The notes beneath the pieces were generated by a model. It had not been told where the DNA came from. It was given only the letters and a program-made list of their open reading frames with translations, and ran no database searches. From contig CAZIYE010000001.1 of NCBI GenBank assembly GCA_964543385.1, positions 300,001 to 332,000 of the forward strand: a stretch of DNA of 32,000 nt, written 5' to 3'. The DNA comes from an uncultured Candidatus Saccharibacteria bacterium (GTDB lineage Bacteria > Patescibacteriota > UBA1384 > XYA2-FULL-43-10 > 1-14-0-10-43-13). Numbering within the stretch: the first letter of the stretch is position 1; the number at the start of each line of letters is the position of its first letter. Shown here piece after piece: positions 15,860-23,720 of this stretch. The translations under genes and the position numbers were made by a program.

Positions 15860-16767
15860 GCCGGATTTTCCTCCCCTTTTTTCTTCGATCGACGGATCTT
15901 GGATAAACGTTTCCGCCGGTCGAATTGGATCGGTCCAAGTGTATGCTGGAAATATCCTGGCATGACGCCCACCGAAACTCCAAACATTACACGTAGAGTA
16001 TAATAGTTGGTGATCATCCCATCACCACTTTCGACTTTGTCCATATCCTTCCGAACAAAGTCTAGCATCTCTTCCAGTACTTTACTCGGGTACTTTTGCC
16101 AGCCCCTAGCTACAAGCTGATACTTCCTCTCAACCACACTCGGTGTTCGAGGGATAGTGCCTGTTTTTTTGGGCTTCAAGGTAGGACTCATCCTTGAAAT
16201 TGGCATTTTTTTGGAGCGATGAACTAAAACTTTCCATTTTTCCAATTCATCGCTCGACAAGCGGTCGTGGATTAGCAGTCGCACTGCCTCACCATTCATC
16301 TGGAACTGCGCACCCAGGTCGCCGCAGGAGAGGATTGGACGATTGACTTTTATCCTTTTACGGATATAAGAAATTACCGACCAACATTTTTCCTTTTCGT
16401 ACTTGTGATAGTCCGATGTCAGCCTCTCAATACGTGATTGCATAATGCGATTTATGCATAATCCACGATCATATGCGTCTCTAATGTCTGCATCGAGACG
16501 TAAAAACGCCTCCTTAACTGTCCAGATAGTAGTCCGGTGAATTCGAGCAAGATGCTCCTTCTCGACATAACGCCTGTAATTCACCTTAACAGTCGGATTG
16601 AGCCTCTTTTGGGCTCTCTCGCTTTGAGTTAATTGAACCCGTCTAGTCACCTCTTCGATAACTTGCACAAGTTTGTCTTCTACCAATCCACTTCGCACCA
16701 TGAAAGCATGGGCTTGCTTCGGATGAAGATCCTTGCTACGACGATGATCGCGATTTTTTCCAGCCAC
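15847..16767 (-). CDS. Orphan basic (Arg/Lys-rich) 306-aa protein with a possible helix-turn-helix
   Basis: The ORF starts at GTG, with AGGGGGA 4 nt upstream. It is GC-enriched relative to its neighbours. The segment SCGDLGAQFQMNGEAVRLLIHDRL resembles a sigma-region-4/LuxR-type HTH. No family was recognised. Confidence 0.6.
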   Translation of the reverse strand: MAGKNRDHRRSKDLHPKQAHAFMVRSGLVEDKLVQVIEEVTRRVQLTQSERAQKRLNPTVKVNYRRYVEKEHLARIHRTTIWTVKEAFLRLDADIRDAYDRGLCINRIMQSRIERLTSDYHKYEKEKCWSVISYIRKRIKVNRPILSCGDLGAQFQMNGEAVRLLIHDRLSSDELEKWKVLVHRSKKMPISRMSPTLKPKKTGTIPRTPSVVERKYQLVARGWQKYPSKVLEEMLDFVRKDMDKVESGDGMITNYYTLRVMFGVSVGVMPGYFQHTLGPIQFDRRKRLSKIRRSKKKGEENPAAGA

Positions 16768-16801
16768 GCTTCCCCCTATATCGCGTAGATACGCCTACCA
16801 T

Positions 16802-16859
16802 GATTGGTAAGCCCTACAATATATAACAAACTGTATTCGAGGTCAATCGGTTACCAATC
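16802..16859 (-). promoter_or_regulatory. Candidate promoter (TTGACC-N17-TATATT) bracketed by a 9-bp inverted repeat
   Basis: The -35 is at 16846-16841 and the -10 at 16823-16818 (minus strand). GATTGGTAA at 16859-16851 has its inverse at 16810-16802. An extra CGATTG direct repeat overlaps the -35. Confidence 0.4.
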
Positions 16860-16874
16860 GCCTGTAAACGCTAT

Positions 16875-16910
16875 AAAAAAGCGTCAGGATTTTCATCATG
16901 ACGCTTTTTT
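16875..16910 (-). terminator. Intrinsic (bidirectional-looking) terminator downstream of proS
   Basis: AAAAAA-GCGTCA...TGACGC-TTTTTT, starting 21 nt after the proS stop. Confidence 0.7.
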
Positions 16911-16930
16911 ATAGCAATAAGTCCATGCTT

Positions 16931-18133
16931 CTAAATAATTTTTGATTCACCATTATTCATATCAATAGATTCTGCCCCACCCTGTTCCAATGACTTTCTA
17001 GAGACAACTAGTCTATTAGGACAGCCGACTAAATCAGCTTCGGCAAACTTTTGACCAGCCGAGATATCTCTGTCATCATATAAAACTTCAATGCCCTTCT
17101 TTTTCAAATCAGCGTATATCTTATCAGCTTCTTCATTTTGATTCAGCGAAATTAGATGCACAGCGAATGGAGCAATTTCCTTTGGCCAAACCATTTTATT
17201 TTTGACAACATCGTAATGAACTTCGACAACTGTTGCCAGAGCCCTAGTCAAGCCTATACCATAGCATCCCATAACAAAATATTTTTCCTTGCCATCTTTA
17301 TTAAGAAAAGTTGCCTTCATTGGTTTGGAAAATTTTGTTTTTAATGGGAAAATATTGCCAACTTCGATCCCTCTAGCAACTTGGATTTTGCCGTCACATC
17401 TTGGACACTTATCCCCTTCTTTAACTTCGGCAATTTCTTTGTTTTGAGCAAATTCGCACTTATTACAATAATAAATTGTATCTTCACCAACTGCTGTTAA
17501 AACTTGAAATTCGTGAGAATATTTAGAAAATATTCCGCCTGATGCCTCAACTAACTTAGAGTCTAGCCCGAAACGTTTAAAGATATTAAAATAGGCTGGG
17601 ATTGTCGCTTGATAAAACTTTTCGTGCTGATCATCATCCGTAGCAAAACTATACATGTCCTTCATAATAAACTCCCGACCCCTAAGCAAACCAGATTTTA
17701 CCCTTGGCTCATTGCGAAATTTTGTCTGGATTTGGTAAAGAGCCATCGGCAATTCTTTATACGAACGGATATTCTTTCGCACAATGTCTGTTACTTCCTC
17801 CTCATGAGTTGGTGCTAAATTCAACTCCTTGCCACGGCTATCCTTCATCTTATAGAAGATATCAATAGCAGAATCCCAACGTCCTGTTTCCTCCCAAAGT
17901 TCTTTTGGTTGCAAAACATTCATTAATATTTCTTGGCCACCGATAGCGTCCATTTCTTCTTTGATAATTTTCTCTATCTTTTTGTAGACCCGTAATCCTA
18001 AAGGAAGCAAAGCATATACTCCAGCCATATGTTTATGAACAAAACCAGCCCTCACTAAATAAGATGCATTAATAGAGTCAGCATCAGATGGAACTTCTTT
18101 TCTAGTTTTGAGAAATAACTGTGATTGCTTCAT
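16931..18133 (-). CDS. proS: Prolyl-tRNA synthetase, short bacterial-type form without the INS editing domain
   Basis: 400 aa with the N-terminus LFLKT...ASYLVRAGF, plus FRNEPRVKSGLLRGREF (motif 2) and GCYGIG (motif 3). A CxxC-x16-CxxC segment sits where INS normally lies. Confidence 0.9.
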   Translation of the reverse strand: MKQSQLFLKTRKEVPSDADSINASYLVRAGFVHKHMAGVYALLPLGLRVYKKIEKIIKEEMDAIGGQEILMNVLQPKELWEETGRWDSAIDIFYKMKDSRGKELNLAPTHEEEVTDIVRKNIRSYKELPMALYQIQTKFRNEPRVKSGLLRGREFIMKDMYSFATDDDQHEKFYQATIPAYFNIFKRFGLDSKLVEASGGIFSKYSHEFQVLTAVGEDTIYYCNKCEFAQNKEIAEVKEGDKCPRCDGKIQVARGIEVGNIFPLKTKFSKPMKATFLNKDGKEKYFVMGCYGIGLTRALATVVEVHYDVVKNKMVWPKEIAPFAVHLISLNQNEEADKIYADLKKKGIEVLYDDRDISAGQKFAEADLVGCPNRLVVSRKSLEQGGAESIDMNNGESKII

Positions 18134-18164
18134 GAAAAATTCCTATATTGGTGTTAAATTGCAT

Positions 18165-19250
18165 TTAAGGTTTTATCAACCGAATTATGTCTTTATAAGT
18201 TATAGCTATAATCAATAGTATTAGCAAAGCAAAACCTATAGTATGTATCATATTCTCCACATTTTCCTTCACTATACGCTTGCCAAAAATTTTTTCAAAT
18301 ATAATGAATAGGGCTCGACTACCGTCAAGGGCCGGAAACGGAAGTATGTTGACGAGTCCTAGATTAATTGAAAGCATAATAAGGAGCTGAAGATAGGATA
18401 CCCACCCAGCACGAGCTGCTGCTCCACTTACACTAAAGATTGCAACCGGTCCACCGACTTGGTCAGATATCTTTCCTGTTTGAAAAAGCTGTTGAAAGAA
18501 ATCACCCAAGAAGGAGAACATGGCACCAGTTATCAGGTACATCTCTTTAGCGGCAACATATGGCGCCTTGTAGAAAGGCACTCTAACAACAGCCTGATCT
18601 TGAATCCCCACACCTAGTGGAGCCTCTTTATTCGACGATATTGTGATCTGTTTCTCTATTTTTTCATTCTGTCTTGTAACCTCAATTTTTACCTCACTGC
18701 CAATATTCTTTTGCGTAAAACTACTCACATCACCCACCGATTTAAACTCAACAACTTCTGTTGCTGTAACACCTTTTCTAAGCTCATCTCCAGCTTTAAG
18801 TCCAGCCTTATCAGCGGCAGAATCTTTTTGAATTTCAGCAATAAATATCTGTGATTTTATCTTTTCGCCAGGCACCTGATCTGATGGCGTAGCCATCGGA
18901 GTCATCCCGATAGATAATCCAACAGCTAGCAATAACCAGGCAAGAGCAAAGTTCATAATAACGCCAGCCACGCTGACAAAAAACCTTTTTCCGGGAGTCT
19001 GATTATTAAAGGCCCGAGGATCCTTTGATTCGCTATTCTCACCTAGCATACTTACATAACCACCAAGTGGTAGCAAACCAATAGTATATTTAGTTTCGCC
19101 CCGAGTAAAAGATAGAATTCTTGGGGGGAAACCAATGGAAAATTCCTTAACATTAATCCCTGAAGCCTTAGCAGCCAAAAAATGACCAAGTTCGTGAACG
19201 GTTATCAAGATTCCTATAGCAAATATAAACGCAATAATTGTAAGTAACAT
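18165..19250 (-). CDS. rseP: RIP metalloprotease RseP (M50 site-2 protease with PDZ domain)
   Basis: 361 aa with a HELGH zinc motif in the first TM region, a central PDZ-like segment (AADKAGLKAGD) and a C-terminal NxxPxxxLDG motif (NILPFPALDG). Confidence 0.9.
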   Translation of the reverse strand: MLLTIIAFIFAIGILITVHELGHFLAAKASGINVKEFSIGFPPRILSFTRGETKYTIGLLPLGGYVSMLGENSESKDPRAFNNQTPGKRFFVSVAGVIMNFALAWLLLAVGLSIGMTPMATPSDQVPGEKIKSQIFIAEIQKDSAADKAGLKAGDELRKGVTATEVVEFKSVGDVSSFTQKNIGSEVKIEVTRQNEKIEKQITISSNKEAPLGVGIQDQAVVRVPFYKAPYVAAKEMYLITGAMFSFLGDFFQQLFQTGKISDQVGGPVAIFSVSGAAARAGWVSYLQLLIMLSINLGLVNILPFPALDGSRALFIIFEKIFGKRIVKENVENMIHTIGFALLILLIIAITYKDIIRLIKP

Positions 19251-19259
19251 TTTCCTCCG

Positions 19260-19817
19260 TTAAATTTTCATTATTTCAGTTTCTTTTCCAGCAATAACCT
19301 TATCAATTTCCTTATTCATTTCGTCAATTATTTTATTCAATTCTTCCTCTGCCCAATATTTATCGTCCTCAGTAACTTCTTTATTTTTTAATCCGGTCTG
19401 AACCTTATCCCAAGCATCTTTACGAATGTTACGCAGAGCAATTTTTGCCTCTTCGCCATTTTTCTTAACGATAACCACTATCTCTTTCCTTCTTTGCTCT
19501 GTCATAGCAGGCAAGACTAATCTGACCTGTGTCCCATCATTGATCGGGCTTATACCTATATCAGAATTTCTGATTGCCGCTTCAATCGGTGCTAATGCAT
19601 TTCTGTCCCAGGGCTTGATTGTGATTTGATTTGCTTCAGGCACTGATATTGTTCCTATTTCTTTAATGGGAGTATTTGTGCCATAATACGAAACCATGAT
19701 TCCATCTAAAATAGCCGGATTTGCCCTGCCTGTACGAATACGGGAAAGCTCTGTTCCCAAATTTTCGACCGCGCAACTCATCCTAGGTTTAACTTCTTTG
19801 ATAATTTCGTTGATCAT
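19260..19817 (-). CDS. frr: Ribosome recycling factor
   Basis: 185 aa with typical length and motifs (RTGRANPAILD, PLTEERRKE-like MTEQRRKE), in the conserved position after pyrH. Confidence 0.95.
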   Translation of the reverse strand: MINEIIKEVKPRMSCAVENLGTELSRIRTGRANPAILDGIMVSYYGTNTPIKEIGTISVPEANQITIKPWDRNALAPIEAAIRNSDIGISPINDGTQVRLVLPAMTEQRRKEIVVIVKKNGEEAKIALRNIRKDAWDKVQTGLKNKEVTEDDKYWAEEELNKIIDEMNKEIDKVIAGKETEIMKI

Positions 19818-19842
19818 ACCATTCCTTAAACTTTATGATTTA

Positions 19843-20544
19843 CTATTTAACTATCGTTCCAATTTCCTCTCCGAGAACTGCCTTCTTAATATTCCCCTGT
19901 TTCATAAGCTCGAAAACGTATATCGGCAAATTATTGTCCATACACAACGTAACGGCTGTACTATCCATAACATCATATTTATTATTAATAATATCCAGAT
20001 ATGTTAATTTATCAAATTTCTTGGCATCTTCGAATCTCATTGGATCTTTGTCATATATACCGTCAACTTTTGTGGCTTTAAAAACGATTTCACAATTCAA
20101 CTCACATGCCCTTATCGCTGCAGCAGTATCAGTCGAGAAATATGGGTTACCACTTCCAGCTGAAACTATAACTACTCTGCCTTTTTCCAAATGTCTTATC
20201 GCTTTATCTCTAATATATGATTCACAAACCTTTGGCATATCAAGTGCAGAAGCAACACGGCTTTCTACTCCCATTTTAGATAAAGCACTACGCAAAGCAA
20301 GAGAATTCATTACAGTCGCAAGCATCCCGATATAGTCGCCCGTTGTACGATTCATACCATGTTCCTCGGCTGCTCTTCCTCGAAAAATGTTTCCGCCGCC
20401 CAAAATAACCACTACCTCAACACCAATTTCAGCTAAAGTTTTAATTTCTTTTGCGATAAAGTCGCACATCTGAGGATCAATATTATGATCATTTCCCAAT
20501 AATGTTTCACCTGAAAGTTTCAATAAAATTCGTTTGTATTTCAT
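19843..20544 (-). CDS. pyrH: UMP kinase
   Basis: 233 aa with KRILLKLSGE, GGGNIFRG and SAGSGNPYFSTDTAAA. Confidence 0.95.
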   Translation of the reverse strand: MKYKRILLKLSGETLLGNDHNIDPQMCDFIAKEIKTLAEIGVEVVVILGGGNIFRGRAAEEHGMNRTTGDYIGMLATVMNSLALRSALSKMGVESRVASALDMPKVCESYIRDKAIRHLEKGRVVIVSAGSGNPYFSTDTAAAIRACELNCEIVFKATKVDGIYDKDPMRFEDAKKFDKLTYLDIINNKYDVMDSTAVTLCMDNNLPIYVFELMKQGNIKKAVLGEEIGTIVK

Positions 20545-20550
20545 ACAATC

Positions 20551-20579
20551 ATATTAGCTTAATCTCGTCAGTTTGTCAC
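20551..20579 (-). promoter_or_regulatory. Candidate promoter GTGACA-N17-TAATAT ending 6 nt before the pyrH ATG (leaderless geometry)
   Basis: Hexamers at 20579-20574 and 20556-20551. No SD precedes the ATG at 20544-20542. Confidence 0.4.
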
Positions 20580-20592
20580 CCCTTGTCATTAA

Positions 20593-20622
20593 ATATGGGC
20601 TGCCATTTCTGGCAGCCCATAT
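20593..20622 (-). terminator. Perfect 12-bp hairpin downstream of tsf
   Basis: ATATGGGCTGCC (20593-20604) pairs with GGCAGCCCATAT (20611-20622), with a 6-nt loop. On the minus strand it is followed by UUAAU, a weak U-tract. Confidence 0.5.
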
Positions 20623-20631
20623 TCTCTATCT

Positions 20632-20666
20632 GTTATCTGTAAATCTGTTTAATTCGTAATCTGTAT
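20632..20666 (-). repeat. Copy A of a 35-nt post-stop element; the locus contains four ATCTGT hexamers
   Basis: A gapless alignment to 26123-26157 matches 29 of 35 positions. ATCTGT occurs at 20628, 20635, 20643 and 20659. The element lies 8 nt after the tsf stop. Confidence 0.5.
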
Positions 20667-20674
20667 TGTTTTGG

Positions 20675-21268
20675 TTACTCACCGATTTCAAACCTAACAA
20701 ATCTCTTGATTTCTAGTTTTTCACCGATCTTAGCAATCTTCTCATTTAGAAGCTCTTCGATAGTCTTAGAAGGATCTTTTACGAAAGGCTGACGCAAAAG
20801 CGCACCCTCTTCGGTAAATTTTCTAATCTTGCCTTCAACGATTTTTTCAGCGATTTCAGCCGGTTTACCACTTGCTTTTACCTCTTCGAGATAAATAGCT
20901 TTTTCTTTTGCAACTTCGTCAGGATTTACATCCTCAGGCTTCAGATATCTTGGATTCATCGCAGCGATGTGAAGAGCAACATCATGAGCAAATTCCTTGA
21001 ATTCATCATTTTTAGCAACAAAATCAGTTTCTGAAAGTACCTCTACCAAAACGCCAATTTTGCCATTTGAATGAACGTAGGACTCAATAACACCTTCTTT
21101 TGCTTCACGATCAGCTTTTTTTGCAGCCTTAGCCATTCCCTTTTTGCGAAGTACTTCGATTGCCTTTTCAGCATCGCCGTTTGCTTCTTCGAGCGCCTTC
21201 TTGCAATCCATCATTCCAGAACCAGTTCGGGCTCTCAAATCAGCGATATCTTTTGCAGTAATTGCCAT
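20675..21268 (-). CDS. tsf: Elongation factor Ts (short form)
   Basis: 197 aa with the N-terminal UBA-like LRARTGSGMMDCKKAL. It follows rpsB. AAGGAG lies upstream. Confidence 0.9.
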   Translation of the reverse strand: MAITAKDIADLRARTGSGMMDCKKALEEANGDAEKAIEVLRKKGMAKAAKKADREAKEGVIESYVHSNGKIGVLVEVLSETDFVAKNDEFKEFAHDVALHIAAMNPRYLKPEDVNPDEVAKEKAIYLEEVKASGKPAEIAEKIVEGKIRKFTEEGALLRQPFVKDPSKTIEELLNEKIAKIGEKLEIKRFVRFEIGE

Positions 21269-21334
21269 ATTAGCTCCTTTTGTTCATTTTAATTTATTAT
21301 CCAGAAAGAGTTCGGGATATATTAAGAACGTCTG

Positions 21335-22042
21335 TTATTTCTTCTCAACAATTTTTGCAGTCTTTTCTCTTGCTGCTTTGATTGTCTTAGCAAATAATTC
21401 AGCAAAAAGTTTCACTGATTTAGTTGCATCATCATTAGCCGGAATAGGAAATTCAACATTGTTTGGATTTGCATTTGTATCAACAATTGCAATCACAGGG
21501 ATCTTACCGTTTTTAGCTTCTTTAAGAGCGATTACCTCATCATGAGAACCAAAAAGAATCAATGCATCAGGTTTTCGATCAAGATTGACTAGACCACCCA
21601 AGAACTTCTCGCCACGAGCAACTTCTTTTCGAAGCTTTGAAAGCTCACTCTTGTTCAAAGATGATTTCTCTTCGTTCTCAATCTCTTCTTTTTGTTTCTT
21701 GAATTTCTTGGCTGCACTTCTGATAGCTTCAAAATTGGTGATTGTTCCACCAAGCCAACGAGAACTTACATATGGCATATCAGCAGAAATTGCTGCTTCT
21801 TTGATAATATCGCCGGACTGTTTCTTTGTTCCAACGAATACAAAAGTTTTACCAGTCGATGCTTCTCTTTCGATAAAATTCAAAGCTTCTTTCAATTTCT
21901 CAACTGTTTTCTCTAAATTGATAACATGAACTCCTGACTTTGAGATAAAGATATAGGGAGCCATTTTTGGGTGCCATCGGCTAGTTTTATGACCGAAGTG
22001 CACGCCAGCATCAAGCATCTCGCGAAGTGATGGTAATTCCAT
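21335..22042 (-). CDS. rpsB: 30S ribosomal protein S2
   Basis: The conserved N-terminus MELPSLREMLDAGVHFGHKTSRW begins at the internal ATG 22042-22040, with AAAGGA 8-9 nt upstream. The 32-codon extension in the ORF track has no S2 counterpart. Confidence 0.9.
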   Translation of the reverse strand: MELPSLREMLDAGVHFGHKTSRWHPKMAPYIFISKSGVHVINLEKTVEKLKEALNFIEREASTGKTFVFVGTKKQSGDIIKEAAISADMPYVSSRWLGGTITNFEAIRSAAKKFKKQKEEIENEEKSSLNKSELSKLRKEVARGEKFLGGLVNLDRKPDALILFGSHDEVIALKEAKNGKIPVIAIVDTNANPNNVEFPIPANDDATKSVKLFAELFAKTIKAAREKTAKIVEKK

Positions 22043-22206
22043 TACAAAATTCCTTTCTTGGAATAAATTTCTTTTAAAATAATTATCTTCTTTAAGTTTC
22101 TTTTTAATCCCATCCGCCCAACATGACTCCGGTAGCACCGGAGAGAAACTTTGAGGTGAGCGTGTAGATTTCCCCTTTACAAATCTTTACTGAGACTACC
22201 ATAATA

Positions 22207-22235
22207 TTGACTTGGAATCAAGAGTATGATAAAGT
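22207..22235 (+). promoter_or_regulatory. Candidate promoter for rpmE (TTGACT-N17-TAAAGT with a TG extended -10)
   Basis: Hexamers at 22207-22212 and 22230-22235, with TG at 22227-22228. Confidence 0.35.
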
Positions 22236-22265
22236 TGAGCTTGTAAAAAAATTAAAAACAACCCA

Positions 22266-22550
22266 ATGAAAAAAGACATCCACCCAAAATACAATGAAAT
22301 TGCTAATATCAAGTGCGCTTGTGGCGCTACTTTTGCTGCTGGTTCAACACAGGAAAGTATTTCAGTTGAAATCTGTTCTCAATGCCACCCATTCTTTACA
22401 GGAAAACAAAAACTTGTTGATACTGCAGGTAGGGTAGATAAGTTCAAAGCAAAAATGGAAGCTTCAAAGAAAATTCAAGCTGAGACAGCCAAGAAAGCAG
22501 CCGAAAAAGTAGTACCCGCTAAAAAAGAAGAGCAAAAAGAAGAGAAATAA
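22266..22550 (+). CDS. rpmE: 50S ribosomal protein L31 (Zn-ribbon type) with a Lys/Glu/Ala-rich C-terminal tail
   Basis: 94 aa with MKKDIHPKY, CxC...CxxC cysteines (CACG...[10 protein letters not shown]) and a ~30-aa charged extension. Confidence 0.9.
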   Translation: MKKDIHPKYNEIANIKCACGATFAAGSTQESISVEICSQCHPFFTGKQKLVDTAGRVDKFKAKMEASKKIQAETAKKAAEKVVPAKKEEQKEEK

Positions 22551-22569
22551 CTTGGTCTCATATATTAAA

Positions 22570-22615
22570 ATCGACCGAAATCTTTTATAATTATAAGAGA
22601 TAAGGTCGATTTTTT
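22570..22615 (+). terminator. Intrinsic terminator after rpmE
   Basis: A long hairpin with outer stem ATCGACC/GGTCGAT, plus near-perfect inner pairing, is followed by TTTTT. Confidence 0.7.
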
Positions 22616-22646
22616 ATACTAATAAAAACCTTATTCAAAGGAAAAT

Positions 22647-23714
22647 GTGAACACAGAAAAGCTTAAAAAAATATTAGACCACTATGACAATCTTGTGCGT
22701 CAGCTTCAAAGTCCTGAGACGATATCAAATCAGTCAGAATTCACTAAACTAGCCCGTGAAAAATCAAGTTTGCAAGATTTAGCCGATTTGATCAGGCACT
22801 ATTTTGATATAAAAAAGAATATAGAAGAAAGCAACGAGCTGTTAGAAACCGCTGACGAAGACCTCAGGGAAATGGCAAAAGAGGAAATAAATCACCTTGC
22901 AATAGAAGAGGAAAAAATTCAGAAAGAATTGCAAATTGCCCTGCTTCCTAAGGACCCGAATGATGACAAAAATGTAATTATTGAAATCCGGCCAGGCGCA
23001 GGTGGCGATGAATCAGAGCTCTTTGCGGGTGAGATGTTTCGCATGTATACTAGATATGCAGAACGACAGAATTGGAAGGCAAATATTTTAGAATCACAAG
23101 CTACCGCTATTGGCGGCATGAAATACGTTACCTTTGAAATAAGCGGGGACAAGGTTTATTCAAAAATGAAATATGAGTCTGGTGTCCACCGTGTCCAAAG
23201 GGTTCCAGAGACTGAGAAACAGGGCCGGGTCCATACATCTACAATCACAGTAGCGGTCATGCCAGAGGCAGAAGAAGCAGATGTTGAAATCAAAACAGAA
23301 GATCTAAGAATTGATACTTTTTGTTCCGGCGGAGCTGGCGGCCAATCAGTAAATACTACATATTCGGCTGTTCGTATTACCCATATACCAACAAACACCG
23401 TTGTTCAGTGCCAAGATGAAAGAAGTCAATTAAAGAATAAAGAAAAGGCTATGAGTATACTGCGCTCCAGAATATTAGCCAATCTCGAAGAAAAATTGCA
23501 CAATGAGCGCAAAGACCTAAGAAGTTCTCAGGTCGGAACAGGTGACAGATCAGAAAAAATTAGAACATACAATTTTCCTCAAGACCGTTTGACAGATCAT
23601 CGAATCAATCAATCATGGCATTCGCTGCCCAACATTATGGACGGAGATCTTGGCTCTATTTTCGAATCTCTCATGAATGAGGATCAGGCGCGCAAACTCG
23701 CTATGCAATCCTAA
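22647..23714 (+). CDS. prfA: Peptide chain release factor 1
   Basis: 355 aa with a GTG start and AAAGGAAAA upstream. It has the GGQ motif ([12 protein letters not shown]) and an RF1-type PxT tripeptide (VPETE). Confidence 0.9.
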   Translation: MNTEKLKKILDHYDNLVRQLQSPETISNQSEFTKLAREKSSLQDLADLIRHYFDIKKNIEESNELLETADEDLREMAKEEINHLAIEEEKIQKELQIALLPKDPNDDKNVIIEIRPGAGGDESELFAGEMFRMYTRYAERQNWKANILESQATAIGGMKYVTFEISGDKVYSKMKYESGVHRVQRVPETEKQGRVHTSTITVAVMPEAEEADVEIKTEDLRIDTFCSGGAGGQSVNTTYSAVRITHIPTNTVVQCQDERSQLKNKEKAMSILRSRILANLEEKLHNERKDLRSSQVGTGDRSEKIRTYNFPQDRLTDHRINQSWHSLPNIMDGDLGSIFESLMNEDQARKLAMQS

Positions 23715-23720
23715 ATTTTG

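Noticed and set aside
19835-20335. 166-aa plus-strand ORF antisense to pyrH (also 19426-19629 and 19696-20007, antisense to frr/pyrH)
   Set aside because: These are shadow ORFs of strongly supported genes, with hydrophobic low-complexity translations and no start signals.
21071-21929. Plus-strand ORFs antisense to tsf and rpsB (21071-21292, 21144-21545, 21585-21929, 21692-21916)
   Set aside because: These are shadow ORFs with Ser/Phe/Leu-rich translations. The opposite strand encodes EF-Ts and S2 with canonical motifs.
22043-22138. 32-codon N-terminal extension of rpsB in the ORF track (MLPESCWADGIKKKL...)
   Set aside because: The conserved S2 N-terminus begins at the internal Met (22042), which has an AAAGGA SD. 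The extension has no S2 counterpart and more likely represents an open 5' UTR.
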